Assembly: GCA_965231135.1 (NCBI GenBank)
Contig: OZ246419.1
Span: 257,488 to 321,487, forward strand
Source of the DNA: an uncultured Gammaproteobacteria bacterium
GTDB taxonomy: Bacteria > Patescibacteriota > Microgenomatia > UBA8517
Length of the DNA: 64,000 nt
Direction of reading: 5' to 3'
Shown: positions 49,328 through 59,312 of the stretch, piece after piece
Position numbering within the stretch: the stretch's first letter is position 1
How the letters are laid out: every line of letters starts with the position of its first letter
Notes under the pieces: model-generated
What the model was told of the DNA's origin: nothing
Databases searched by the model: none
What the model saw: only the letters and a program-made list of their open reading frames with translations
Made by a program: the position numbers and the translations under genes

Positions 49328-49812
49328 TTGTGTGAGGGCCCTATATGGATCTTTGGGGATCGAGATAATATTAATTGGATATATGGGCTTGATCCTTTTC
49401 CAAACGAAAAAGCTTACCAATACGCAAGAAGAGGCGGATCAATTAGACAAACGGAAAACGCCCAAGATTTAGCATGGAGAACTTCACAGTTTGCGATACC
49501 AAGAAATCAGAATCATTCCCCAAATGGTTTTTAGATCCGACAAATGGTGATATTTCTTTTGTGGCAGGTATCTTAGAGGCAAATCCAAAGCAATACAATA
49601 TCAGATGTAGAAATAATTTATGTAGCTATTATGTATACGAGAGAAATTTTCTTGCCTCTAAAAACTTTTTGAATTCGCGTGAGCTTCCATATCGGGTAAA
49701 ACATTTAATTTTGTTAAATAATCCAAAAGTTGTAATTAAAAGTATTGATCAGTATAAAGCTTTGGTAGAATTAATTAGAGATGGTAAAGAGAGGCATAAA
49801 ATCAATTATTAA
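49328..49812 (+). pseudogene. Hypothetical gene split into two overlapping frames (49328..49534 and 49474..49812), joinable by a -1 shift at the CCCC run (49516-49519)
   Basis: The two track ORFs overlap by 61 nt in adjacent frames. The joined product reads through ...NQNHSP/KWFLDPTNGD... Confidence 0.3.
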
Positions 49813-51367
49813 AAAAGAGTATTTAATAGTTTTTGTAATTTTTGTTTTTGGATTTTTGATTAGAGTATGGTCGGTAACTTTTTATAATACCGAAATTGGT
49901 TTTGATCAGGCGCGTGACCTTTTTGCTGCAACTTCGATTTTTCGCGACCATCATTTGGCAATTATTGGACCAACTGCGGGAAATAATCCTTATCTGCATC
50001 ATGGTGTCGCCTGGTGGTATTTCATGGTTTCACCTTTAATTTTTACAAAAGGAAATCCGATGGGCGTTGTCTTTGTAAATGTTTTTGTGAATGCATCAAC
50101 TATAATTGTCGTTTATTTTTTTGCAAAAGATTTTTTTAGAAATAAGTATGCAGGAATTATTGCAAGTATTTTAACGGCAGTTTCTTATCAAATTATTCAA
50201 TATGGAGGATGGCTTTCAAATCCTTCGCCGACGATTTTTACTGTACCAATATTTTTTTATGCACTTTGGAAATATTACAATACATCCAAGAAAAATTATT
50301 TATTTATTACAGTCTTATTTTTAGGTTTTTCAATAGAGTTTGAATTATTTTTTATTTATTTAATTCCAATTTTTTTAATATTATTTTTATTCTTAAAAAT
50401 GAAATGGCCGACAACCAAGAATTTATTACTTTCGATAATTATTTTTTTAATTACAACATCAACACTTGTTGCAACAGAATTTAAAAATCATTTCATGGGA
50501 ATAAAAAGTATTTTTTTTGCAAATAAATATTTAGGAGGAACTGCATCACATCAACCTTTTGTAAAACTTTTTGGAAATTTTTTAGTTAGCTGGAATTCTT
50601 TTTCAGATAATTTTTCTCCAAATAATTTAAAGATTGGAGAAATAATTGGAATAATAATTTTATTGGTATTAATTTTTGATTTGGTGAAAAATTTTAAATT
50701 AAAAAAACAACGTGACAAAATTTTATTTGTAGTAATTTATTTTTTGTCGCCTGCTTTGATGTTTTTACTTGGAACTTCTAATGAACCCTGGTTTTTAATT
50801 GGAAGACCTATCGCAATTATTTTTGCGTTTACTTATGTACTTATTAAAGTGCGACCAAAATTTATTGTTGCTGGAGTTTTAATTGCAGTTATTTTTATGA
50901 ATTTGAATGCAATTGAGAATGTTCAAGGACAAGGTCAAACTTTACTTGATCCTGATTTATCAAGCATCATGAATTACCAAATTCAAGTTGTTGATTATAC
51001 TTATAAATCTGCAAATGGCGCACATTTTGAAATTAATACACTAACAAACCCGCTTTATATAAATGCAGTTTGGGGTTATCAATATTATTGGTATGGAAAA
51101 AATAAATATCAATATTTGCCAACTTTTGCCGGGGGAGATCAACTTTATCCGTATAATACTTTGAGTAAACCAAACGGAAGCGAAAAATTTTTATTTTTAA
51201 TAATGGATACGACAAACAGAATTCCTCCGCAATATAAAAATAATTTGATTGATTGGGCAAATGAAAATAGTAAACTGATTGAAGAGAAAATGTTTGGAGG
51301 AATTGATGTCCAGAAAAGAATTTTAACTCAAATTATTTTAACCAACAAAAAACCTGCTAAGAAATAA
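49781..51367 (+). CDS. GT-C fold glycosyltransferase (ArnT/PMT-like)
   Basis: About 11 TM helices. First-loop acidic motif FDQARD. Large C-terminal extracytoplasmic domain. Confidence 0.7.
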   Translation: MVKRGIKSIIKKEYLIVFVIFVFGFLIRVWSVTFYNTEIGFDQARDLFAATSIFRDHHLAIIGPTAGNNPYLHHGVAWWYFMVSPLIFTKGNPMGVVFVNVFVNASTIIVVYFFAKDFFRNKYAGIIASILTAVSYQIIQYGGWLSNPSPTIFTVPIFFYALWKYYNTSKKNYLFITVLFLGFSIEFELFFIYLIPIFLILFLFLKMKWPTTKNLLLSIIIFLITTSTLVATEFKNHFMGIKSIFFANKYLGGTASHQPFVKLFGNFLVSWNSFSDNFSPNNLKIGEIIGIIILLVLIFDLVKNFKLKKQRDKILFVVIYFLSPALMFLLGTSNEPWFLIGRPIAIIFAFTYVLIKVRPKFIVAGVLIAVIFMNLNAIENVQGQGQTLLDPDLSSIMNYQIQVVDYTYKSANGAHFEINTLTNPLYINAVWGYQYYWYGKNKYQYLPTFAGGDQLYPYNTLSKPNGSEKFLFLIMDTTNRIPPQYKNNLIDWANENSKLIEEKMFGGIDVQKRILTQIILTNKKPAKK

Positions 51368-51395
51368 ATCGTAACAGGTTTTTTGCAGGACAGGC

Positions 51396-51494
51396 TTACT
51401 TTCGTCGCTTTCGATGAACTCCACCTTTCTTCCTTTTATGAGTTACCTTGTGGGTTGTTTTTCTCTTTGCTGTTTTTCGTTTTTTAACTGGCAT
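51396..51494 (-). CDS. Highly basic 32-aa peptide (MPVKKRKTAKRKTTHKVTHKRKKGGVHRKRRK)
   Basis: Perfect SD GGAGGTGAT 5 nt upstream of the ATG. Not in the ORF track. Confidence 0.45.
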   Translation of the reverse strand: MPVKKRKTAKRKTTHKVTHKRKKGGVHRKRRK

Positions 51495-51594
51495 TTAAAT
51501 CACCTCCTTAAGATGAAAAGATCTTTCTATAATCACTGTAAAATATAGTAACAAAAATATCAAGTGGTTCTAGAAAAAATGACATTAATCAGAT

Positions 51595-51624
51595 TTGACA
51601 TTTATTGTATTAGATGTTTATACT
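51595..51624 (+). promoter_or_regulatory. Sigma70-like promoter: TTGACA, 18-nt spacer, TATACT. The ATG is 10 nt downstream (very short leader).
   Basis: Read from the sequence. No SD before 51635. Confidence 0.45.
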
Positions 51625-51634
51625 TAGCTCTTAA

Positions 51635-52231
51635 ATGGAAGAAACGAATAATCCACAAACACCACCAGTTGGTTTTCCTGGAACAACTCCTGTTCCTCAG
51701 CAACAAGAAAATAAGAAAAATTGGAAATGGCTTGTTATTTTAATTTTATTTTTAGTTGTTATTGGTGGAGTAACATTTTTTGTTTTCAAAAGCTCAAGAA
51801 GTTCTTCGACTGACGAACCAACTCCAGAACCAACAAGTGATTTAACTACAGTTAGTACTCCAGTACCGACGCCATCACCAACTCCAGCTGATAAAACCGC
51901 TCTTAATGTTTCAGTACTAAATGGAACAGGAATTGCCGGGGAAGCAGGAATTTTAGCTGATAAACTTAAAACACTTGGATATACAAACGTGACAACTGGA
52001 AATGCAGATAGCCAAAATGCAACAACTACAACTGTAGACTTTGGGCCAAATGTGTCGCAGGATGTTGTTACTGAAATTAATTCTACATTAAATGACATGT
52101 ATACAAGTGTGTCTACTGATAGTTCTGCCTTGCCATCAGGAACTGATATTCAGATTACAACTGGAACACGAAAAGGCGATACTGCTTCTGCAAGCCCAAC
52201 TGATACTTCAGAACCGACTGCAACTCCATAA
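51635..52231 (+). CDS. Membrane-anchored protein with a LytR_C-like domain and PT-rich linkers
   Basis: LNVSVLNGTGIAGEAGILADKLKTLGYTNV resembles the LytR/CpsA/Psr C-terminal domain. Confidence 0.5.
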   Translation: MEETNNPQTPPVGFPGTTPVPQQQENKKNWKWLVILILFLVVIGGVTFFVFKSSRSSSTDEPTPEPTSDLTTVSTPVPTPSPTPADKTALNVSVLNGTGIAGEAGILADKLKTLGYTNVTTGNADSQNATTTTVDFGPNVSQDVVTEINSTLNDMYTSVSTDSSALPSGTDIQITTGTRKGDTASASPTDTSEPTATP

Positions 52232-52249
52232 TTGTGATATATTGAAGCT

Positions 52250-52564
52250 ATGAAGCTTCACCTTGAGAGTATTAAGGTTGCTCCGGATGTATGGCAAGCA
52301 GCAGCAATTATTATTTTATTTTTTGTACTTATTCTGGTTATTGCTTACATTGTTCGGAATTTTTTGAGCTGGTCAATACCTGTTTTTGCAGGCGGACTTT
52401 TTGTTGGGTTAATTATGATTTTAATTACTGATGGATTTTTACTAGTAAATGGAAAAACAATTACAACTAAGAATTCGATTATAAAAAATATGCTTCAATA
52501 TGAACATACACAGTTTCTTGAGGAGTTAAATGTGCCAAAAGCTTGCTGGCCAAAGATTAAATAA
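52250..52564 (+). CDS. Small membrane protein
   Basis: Two TM helices. Confidence 0.4.
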   Translation: MKLHLESIKVAPDVWQAAAIIILFFVLILVIAYIVRNFLSWSIPVFAGGLFVGLIMILITDGFLLVNGKTITTKNSIIKNMLQYEHTQFLEELNVPKACWPKIK

Positions 52565-52565
52565 A

Positions 52566-52928
52566 TTAGTGTCGTTGTGAAGCTCCAGAAATTAAATATT
52601 TCCACATTGTCATTGTTAATAAGTGGTCTGTTTTTTGAATTCCTGGTGTTGTTTCATAATAAGCTTGAGCCTTTGATTTTATCCATATTAATTTTTTTGC
52701 TAATTCTATGTCTGGTTCCGGTTTTATCATTCCAAGTAGTGATGCTGCTGAAAAAGCTCCTATTGTTTTATAACAGAATGATTGTCTTGATTCAAAAAGT
52801 TCATTTACTATAGATATTGTTGATATGAAATCTGCTTGAGAGAGTGGTTTTTGGTTTTGCAATTGGGTAAGAACTTTTTTGATTTGTTCTTCTTGCATAG
52901 ATAATCTGTCTAGTTCATTTGCTGACAT
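52566..52928 (-). CDS. Hypothetical protein (120 aa)
   Basis: Open frame. Confidence 0.4.
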   Translation of the reverse strand: MSANELDRLSMQEEQIKKVLTQLQNQKPLSQADFISTISIVNELFESRQSFCYKTIGAFSAASLLGMIKPEPDIELAKKLIWIKSKAQAYYETTPGIQKTDHLLTMTMWKYLISGASQRH

Positions 52929-52986
52929 TTTTTGAATAATAGCATTAATTTAATTATTTACAAATATATTTTGATATACTTCAATC

Positions 52987-54027
52987 ATGCAAGAATTAAT
53001 ACAGGAATTTGATGAATTTAAGAAGTCATATAATCTTTCTCAAAAAGAGGAAACTTTAAAAAAACTTACTGAAGAATCACTTGATCCAAATTTATGGAAT
53101 GATCAGGGTAAAGCTAAGACTCTTATGCAAAACATTTCTGATTTAAAAACTGAAGTTGATGAAGTAAAAAATCTTGATGAAGAAATAAAAATTATAAATG
53201 AACTTTCAAATTCAGAAGATGTAAACGAAGAACTAAAGAAGGTGCGAGTGAGATTTGATAAATTAGTTTTGAAAAAATATTTAAGCGGGCCAAATGATAA
53301 GAAAAATGCCACACTTTCAATTCATGCCGGGCAGGGGGGAACTGAGGCCATGGACTGGACTTCTATGCTTACTCGCATGTATTTAAGATTTTTTGAGAGA
53401 AAGGGATGGAGGGCTGATGTGATTGACCAGACTGATGGAGAAGAAGCGGGAATAAAAAGCATTGTTATAAATGTGATGGGAAATTATGCATATGGATATT
53501 TAAAAGGAGAAGCGGGGACACACCGACTTGTAAGACAATCGCCTTTTAATGCAGATAAATTAAGACAAACTTCTTTTTCGTTGGTTGAGGTATTACCTGA
53601 ATTTGAAGAAGTTGATTTGCCAGATATTGAAATAAAAGATGATGACCTTGATATTCAATTTTTTAGAAGCGGAGGACATGGAGGGCAAAATGTTAATAAA
53701 GTTTCTACTGCTGTGCGACTAACACATAAACCAACTGGAATTGTGGTGACTGCTCAAACAGAACGTTTTCAGGAACAAAATAGAAAAATTGCAATGAATT
53801 TGCTTCGTTCAAGACTTTGGGCGAGAAAAAAAGAAGAGGAAGCAAAAAATGAAAAAGATTTAAAAGGAGATTATCATCCAGCAACTTGGGGAACACAGAT
53901 TCGCAATTATGTACTCCATCCTTATAAATTGGTGAAGGATACAAGGACAGAAATTGAAACAGGAAATACTGAAGCGGTTTTGGATGGAGATATTGATCTA
54001 TTTATAGAGGCTGAGTTGAAGTTATAA
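52987..54027 (+). CDS. prfB: Peptide chain release factor 2, single uninterrupted frame
   Basis: SPF tripeptide (RQSPFNADK) and GGQ ([12 protein letters not shown]). Confidence 0.9.
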   Translation: MQELIQEFDEFKKSYNLSQKEETLKKLTEESLDPNLWNDQGKAKTLMQNISDLKTEVDEVKNLDEEIKIINELSNSEDVNEELKKVRVRFDKLVLKKYLSGPNDKKNATLSIHAGQGGTEAMDWTSMLTRMYLRFFERKGWRADVIDQTDGEEAGIKSIVINVMGNYAYGYLKGEAGTHRLVRQSPFNADKLRQTSFSLVEVLPEFEEVDLPDIEIKDDDLDIQFFRSGGHGGQNVNKVSTAVRLTHKPTGIVVTAQTERFQEQNRKIAMNLLRSRLWARKKEEEAKNEKDLKGDYHPATWGTQIRNYVLHPYKLVKDTRTEIETGNTEAVLDGDIDLFIEAELKL

Positions 54028-54029
54028 AT

Positions 54030-54308
54030 TTATTCTTTGTATGGTTTAAAACCTTCTTCTGTCATTTCTCCGCGTTTGCCGTTTACATTTGCCCATCCAC
54101 ACCACCTTCTTAGTGCGTATCTTGCTTGGTCGTTACTGTCAACGATTTGACATCCATTTGTTTCTGCTTTGTACCAATCACAATTTCTACAGAATTCTGT
54201 TATTTTTAATTCGGGTATAGAACTAGCAACTGGGGTTTGATCGTTTGGATAAAAAAGATTATATATTTCGTCCACTTCAGTATTTATTGGTCGTTCTTGT
54301 TTTGACAT
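54030..54308 (-). CDS. Cys-containing hypothetical protein (possible zinc binder)
   Basis: CRNCDWYKAETNGC...WCGW. Confidence 0.4.
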   Translation of the reverse strand: MSKQERPINTEVDEIYNLFYPNDQTPVASSIPELKITEFCRNCDWYKAETNGCQIVDSNDQARYALRRWCGWANVNGKRGEMTEEGFKPYKE

Positions 54309-54358
54309 TTATAAATCGATATTAACATAATCTTTTTTATTTTACAATTTTGTAAATA

Positions 54359-54817
54359 GTGGTATATTGGGCTATGGAGAACAATAGTTCTTCCAATATA
54401 GTTAAACCTGTTAAATCTTCAAATATAATGCCAATGATGATTGGCGGAGCCATCATTATAATAATAGTAGGGCTTGCTGTTGGATTTTTGGTTTCTAAGA
54501 AAAATGCCAAGACTCCTAATCCAAATACCAAAAATTCAAGTGTAACTGTGTCCCCGACTGAAGCTGGAATTACCGATGTTTCAAAATATGACAGTAATAA
54601 AATGCCAACTGGAATTTTGATGACTGGGGGAATCAAAGGAGAAGGGACATACCACTTGGATTCTGGAAATGGGCCACAACACATGGTTTATTTAAATTCA
54701 ATTACAGTTGATATGAGCCAGTTTGTTGGGAAGAAAGTGAAAGTTTGGGGAGATACACTTTCAGCGCATTACGCTCCGTGGCTTATGGATGTTGTGCGAA
54801 TACAAGTAGTGCAGTAG
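54359..54817 (+). CDS. Membrane-anchored hypothetical protein
   Basis: One TM helix and an extracytoplasmic beta-rich domain. Start uncertain. Confidence 0.4.
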   Translation: MVYWAMENNSSSNIVKPVKSSNIMPMMIGGAIIIIIVGLAVGFLVSKKNAKTPNPNTKNSSVTVSPTEAGITDVSKYDSNKMPTGILMTGGIKGEGTYHLDSGNGPQHMVYLNSITVDMSQFVGKKVKVWGDTLSAHYAPWLMDVVRIQVVQ

Positions 54818-54818
54818 T

Positions 54819-55499
54819 TTGCTTCATGTGTTAGCATTAAGGAGAATGGTTGAATTTGTAAACGTCAGTAAAAATTTTGGACGAATAAGCGCTCTTAATG
54901 ATGTTTCTTTTAAAATTGAAAAGGGAGAATTTGTTTTTATTATTGGCCCTTCGGGAAGCGGAAAAACGACAGTTTTAAGATTACTTTTGAGAGAATTTCC
55001 GGCAACAAGCGGAAAAATAATGTTTGATGGAATTGATATAACTAAACTTTCCAAAAGCAAAATTCCAGTTCTTCGCCAATCGATTGGAGTTGTATTTCAG
55101 GATTTTAAACTTTTGAAAGAAAAAACTGTGGGGGAAAACATTGAAATGGCGCTTGCTATCAAAGGAGTTCCGAAATCTGAATGGGAAACTCGTAAAAAAG
55201 AAGTACTTAAACTTGTTGGGCTAGCAAACCGCAGTGAGCTTTTCCCAGCACAGTTATCAGGAGGAGAATTGCAGAGAGTTGCTATTGCGCGAGCAATGTC
55301 AACGGACCCAAAAATAATTTTTGCTGATGAACCAACTGGAAATCTTGACTGGGAAACAAGCGAAGTTATAATGGAACTTCTTGATAAGATTAATAAAGCC
55401 GGCAAAACAATTATTGTTACAAGCCACAACTTAACGATAATTAAAAAAATGAAGAAAAGAACTATAAAATTAGTTGACGGGAAAGTAGAAAGCAAATAG
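54819..55499 (+). CDS. ftsE: Cell-division ABC ATPase FtsE
   Basis: Walker A GPSGSGKTT, LSGGELQRVAIAR, Walker B IFADEPTG. The likely true start is ATG 54846 (MVEFVNVSKNF). Confidence 0.9.
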   Translation: MLHVLALRRMVEFVNVSKNFGRISALNDVSFKIEKGEFVFIIGPSGSGKTTVLRLLLREFPATSGKIMFDGIDITKLSKSKIPVLRQSIGVVFQDFKLLKEKTVGENIEMALAIKGVPKSEWETRKKEVLKLVGLANRSELFPAQLSGGELQRVAIARAMSTDPKIIFADEPTGNLDWETSEVIMELLDKINKAGKTIIVTSHNLTIIKKMKKRTIKLVDGKVESK

Positions 55500-56402
55500 A
55501 TGTATTTAAAAACTGCTCTATCAAATATACGCCGATCACCTTTCCAGGGGGTTGCTGCGATTTTAGTTTTGACTGTTACTTTTTTTGTTGCAACAATATT
55601 TTCGATTTTAATTTATTCTTCTGCACAAGTTTTAAATTATTTTGAAACAAAACCGCAAATTATTGTGTTTTTGAAAACTGATGCAAAAGATACTGATGTG
55701 AACGCTTTACAAACTAAACTTGGAAATGATTCGCGAATAAGAGATTTGAAATATGTTTCCAAAGAAGATGCACTTACTATTTATAAAAATGCGACAAGCG
55801 ATAATCCGCTTCTTGGGCAGCTTGTTTCTCCTTCTATTTTTCCTGCAAGTTTGGAGTTTTCTGTAAAAGATTTAAGCGATGCGCAAAATATTATTAATTC
55901 AGTAAAGAAAGAGCCGACGGTAGACTCTGTTTCATTTACTGCTGCAATTGGAGGGGAAAGCGCGAGTTCTGTTATAAGCAGATTAACTAAAATAACTTTT
56001 TATATAAGAGTTGGAGGATTAGTACTTGCGTTTGTTTTAGCGTTCACTTCATTTTTGGTTTTGATGGTGATTGTAAGTATGAGAATTGCTACTAAAAAAG
56101 GGGAAATAGATACTTTGAGAATAATGGGAGCAACTTCCTCTTTTATACGAACTCCAATTATGCTTGAGGCAATTATTTATGTAACAATTGGAGTTATTTT
56201 GGGTTGGGTCCTTGCACTAATTTTGATTTTGTATGTCAGCCCTGCAATTATTTCCTACTTTGCACAAATTCCAGTATTACCACATAATACCCAGCAATTT
56301 TTTGAATTGAATTTAGTTGTGTTTGGCGGCGAGCTTCTTATTGGTTTTATTATTGCGTTTTTGGGAGGATTTACTGCAGTAACTCGAGCTCTTTCTAAGT
56401 AA
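55500..56402 (+). CDS. ftsX: Cell-division permease FtsX
   Basis: TM1, extracytoplasmic loop, C-terminal three-TM FtsX domain. Confidence 0.85.
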   Translation: MYLKTALSNIRRSPFQGVAAILVLTVTFFVATIFSILIYSSAQVLNYFETKPQIIVFLKTDAKDTDVNALQTKLGNDSRIRDLKYVSKEDALTIYKNATSDNPLLGQLVSPSIFPASLEFSVKDLSDAQNIINSVKKEPTVDSVSFTAAIGGESASSVISRLTKITFYIRVGGLVLAFVLAFTSFLVLMVIVSMRIATKKGEIDTLRIMGATSSFIRTPIMLEAIIYVTIGVILGWVLALILILYVSPAIISYFAQIPVLPHNTQQFFELNLVVFGGELLIGFIIAFLGGFTAVTRALSK

Positions 56403-57562
56403 TGCGGAAAAAGATTTTATTGTTATTGATTTTGCCTTTATTTTTCTTTGCAACAAAAAGCGTTGTACTTGCAGATTGTGATCCAAATGACGAAGGATGT
56501 ATACGAGATGAAATAACACAATATCAGCAAAAACTTTCAACTTTAGCCGGACAAGCAAATACATTATCGAACCAAATTGCACAATTTAATGCGCAAATTA
56601 CTTTGACAGAACTCAAAATTACTCAAACTGAAGATGAAATTAATTTATTAACTGGAAGAATTGGAGAAGTGCAAAGTTCTTTGAATGATTTAACGAAAGC
56701 ATTTTCAGCGCGCGCTGTTGCAACTTACGAAATGGCACGAACAAATGAACCAACTTATTTGATTTTATCGTCAGCTGATTTAAATGATGCACTCTCAAAG
56801 TTTCATTATTTGCAAGAAGCACAGGCTAGCGACCAAACTTTGCTTACAAGATTGCAATCAGCACAAACAACTTATGAAAATTCTAAACAGCAATCTGAAG
56901 ATTTACAAACACAATTGCAAGCTGATGAAAATAGTTTAAATACACAAAAGTCTCAAAAACAGGCGCTTTTGACACAAACACAAGGAAGCGAAGCGAATTA
57001 TCAAAAACTACTTGCTCAAGCTCAAACACAACTTGCAGCGTTTAGTAAATTTACTGCAAGCGCTGGAGGGAGCGGACTTCTTTCTAATCAAACTGATTGT
57101 TCTGACAGCTGGGGATGTTATTATAATCAGCGTGATACAAGCTGGGGATCTTTGCCATTAAACGGAACGCAATACACAATTGCATCTGACGGATGTTTGG
57201 TTACTTCGATGGCGATGATTCTGACTCATTATGGGCATAAAAGCGTTACCCCAATAACAATTAATTCTGACCCAACAAATTTTGCATCTTATTACCCTGC
57301 TTATTTAAATTATGTGATTCATGCTGATGGAGTTACAGCAACTCGTGCTGTTTCTTCTATTGATTCAACACTTTCAACAGGAAACCCAGTAGTGGTTGGA
57401 ATTCATGCATATGGAGGAACTCATTTTGTGGTTATAAAATCTGGAAGTAATGGAAATTATGTAATGAATGATCCATATTTACCAAACGGGAAAAATTTAA
57501 ATTTTACTGATCATTATTCCATTTCCTCAATTTTTGAAGTTGATAGTGTTAGTATAAATTAA
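56402..57562 (+). CDS. Coiled-coil plus papain-like cysteine-peptidase (CHAP/C39-like) protein, a PcsB/EnvC-type FtsEX partner
   Basis: Signal peptide. About 200 aa of Q-rich coiled coil. C-terminal ASDGCLVTSMAMIL (Cys) ... GGTHFVVI (His). Confidence 0.6.
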   Translation: MRKKILLLLILPLFFFATKSVVLADCDPNDEGCIRDEITQYQQKLSTLAGQANTLSNQIAQFNAQITLTELKITQTEDEINLLTGRIGEVQSSLNDLTKAFSARAVATYEMARTNEPTYLILSSADLNDALSKFHYLQEAQASDQTLLTRLQSAQTTYENSKQQSEDLQTQLQADENSLNTQKSQKQALLTQTQGSEANYQKLLAQAQTQLAAFSKFTASAGGSGLLSNQTDCSDSWGCYYNQRDTSWGSLPLNGTQYTIASDGCLVTSMAMILTHYGHKSVTPITINSDPTNFASYYPAYLNYVIHADGVTATRAVSSIDSTLSTGNPVVVGIHAYGGTHFVVIKSGSNGNYVMNDPYLPNGKNLNFTDHYSISSIFEVDSVSIN

Positions 57563-58233
57563 TGCCTTCGATAGTCATTAATAGTTTTCCGCAAACTATT
57601 TCTTCTGATGCATTTAATGTTGATGTAACAATAAACGGCGCAAAATCCGGGACAAATTATTTAAGAATCGAACTCTTTAAGGATGGAACAAATAATTATT
57701 TCGGAGAAACTTTTAATAACAAAGATTGGTATGGGGGAACTGATGGACTATCTTATTTACCCGTTGAAATAAAGTCTGCAAGCACCTCTGCAATGATTCA
57801 AGGAAGGATAGATAATTCAAATAATTATTTAGGACCTGGAAATTATGATTTGAAAATAAAAAGATATACACAATCGGGAAACGCGGCTGATGATAGCGAG
57901 CAAAACGTAGTTGTAAATATTAATTATGTTTTGCAAACTCCAAGTATTTCGCCTTCAGCAGTAACACAAACACAAACTCCAGTTGCTACTATTTTAGATA
58001 CAATTATCCCAACTACAATTCCAGAAGAAGTAATTTTGAAGACAAACCCTCCTGAAATTTTAGCCGATGAAACACAAAAACAAATTTCGAATACTCCAAT
58101 TCCAAGTATTGAGAGCGTTCAAGAAATTCCCAAAAATAATTTTCCATTTTTTGCAGCTAGTATTTTTGCAATCGGTTTATTTTTGATTGGAATGGGAGCT
58201 TATCTAATATATACTAAAATACATGTTCGCTAA
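57562..58233 (+). CDS. Hypothetical protein with C-terminal TM anchor
   Basis: C-terminal hydrophobic helix plus basic tail. Confidence 0.4.
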   Translation: MPSIVINSFPQTISSDAFNVDVTINGAKSGTNYLRIELFKDGTNNYFGETFNNKDWYGGTDGLSYLPVEIKSASTSAMIQGRIDNSNNYLGPGNYDLKIKRYTQSGNAADDSEQNVVVNINYVLQTPSISPSAVTQTQTPVATILDTIIPTTIPEEVILKTNPPEILADETQKQISNTPIPSIESVQEIPKNNFPFFAASIFAIGLFLIGMGAYLIYTKIHVR

Positions 58234-58651
58234 ACTTAGTAAGAATAAATTTCTATGGTTTTATTTGCCAATAATTATCTGGATGATTGCAATTTTTTCC
58301 GGATCTTCTGTAAGCTCACCGACGGTAACAAATAACGTAACAGTGGATTTTGCAGCTCATAAAACTGCACATGTAATTGAATATGCAATACTTGCTGTGC
58401 TTTTATTTAGAGCTTTGAGGCAGGAAAAAATAAATGTTACAGAAGCTGTCATTTATGCAATTTTAATTGCAGGATTTTATGGATTTACTGATGAATTTCA
58501 TCAAAGCTTTACAGCACATCGTACGACTCGCCTTCGCGATGTTTTTATTGATACAATAGGGGCGACTGCCGGAGTTTTAATAGTATGGAAATTATTACCA
58601 AAAATGCCGAAGAAACTTTTAGACTTGGCGAAAAAATTGGATCTGATTTAA
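58223..58651 (+). CDS. VanZ-like family membrane protein
   Basis: Four TM helices. HVIEYAILAVLLFRAL. Confidence 0.65.
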   Translation: MFAKLSKNKFLWFYLPIIIWMIAIFSGSSVSSPTVTNNVTVDFAAHKTAHVIEYAILAVLLFRALRQEKINVTEAVIYAILIAGFYGFTDEFHQSFTAHRTTRLRDVFIDTIGATAGVLIVWKLLPKMPKKLLDLAKKLDLI

Positions 58652-59007
58652 TTCGCCTGTCGGCGGGAACACAAACAATAGCGCTTTCTGGAGATCTTGG
58701 TTCTGGTAAGACTGTTTTTGTGCAAGGTTTGGCTAAAGGACTTGGAATAAAAAACAGAATACAATCCCCAACTTTTATTTTGATGAGAAGGTATGGGAGT
58801 TTTTATCACTTGGATTTATATAGACTCGAAAATAATGTGGAAAGACAAGTTGAAGAACTTGGACTTTTTGATATCTGGAAACAAAAAAATAATATTGTTG
58901 CAATTGAGTGGGCTGAGAAGGTCAAAAGCATTTTACCAAAAGAAACTATATTTATTAATTTTGAGAATGTTAATGAAAATGAAAGGAAAATTACAATCAC
59001 AGAATGA
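58585..59007 (+). CDS. tsaE: tRNA t6A biosynthesis protein TsaE (YjeE)
   Basis: P-loop GDLGSGKT. SPTFILMRRY...HLDLYRL. Confidence 0.8.
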   Translation: MEIITKNAEETFRLGEKIGSDLIRLSAGTQTIALSGDLGSGKTVFVQGLAKGLGIKNRIQSPTFILMRRYGSFYHLDLYRLENNVERQVEELGLFDIWKQKNNIVAIEWAEKVKSILPKETIFINFENVNENERKITITE

Positions 59008-59294
59008 AACTATTTATTGACACAACTGATAGAGAAAAAATAATTATCGGTTTAGATGATAAAAAATTTGAGACAAATGCAAGAGAAAATTCATCACAGA
59101 AGCTTTTGCCTTTTATTGAAGAAACATTAAAAAAAGAAAAGAAAGATATTAAAGATATTTCTGAAATAACTGTTGCAACTGGGCCTGGAAGTTTTACTGG
59201 AATAAGAGTTGGAGTAGCTGTTGCTAATACCCTTGCTTATGTATTGAAAATTCCTGTGAACAAAAAAGCTCTTGAGCTTGATATTAATTATTAG
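59004..59294 (+). CDS. tsaB: Minimal TsaB (YeaZ) N-domain protein
   Basis: GPGSFTGIRVGVAVA motif. Only 96 aa. Confidence 0.65.
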   Translation: MKLFIDTTDREKIIIGLDDKKFETNARENSSQKLLPFIEETLKKEKKDIKDISEITVATGPGSFTGIRVGVAVANTLAYVLKIPVNKKALELDINY

Positions 59295-59312
59295 TTCATT
59301 TATAATCCTTTT

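Noticed and set aside
52987-54027. Programmed +1 frameshift in prfB
   Set aside because: RF2 is encoded in one uninterrupted frame. No internal UGA or CUU-UGA slippery site is required.
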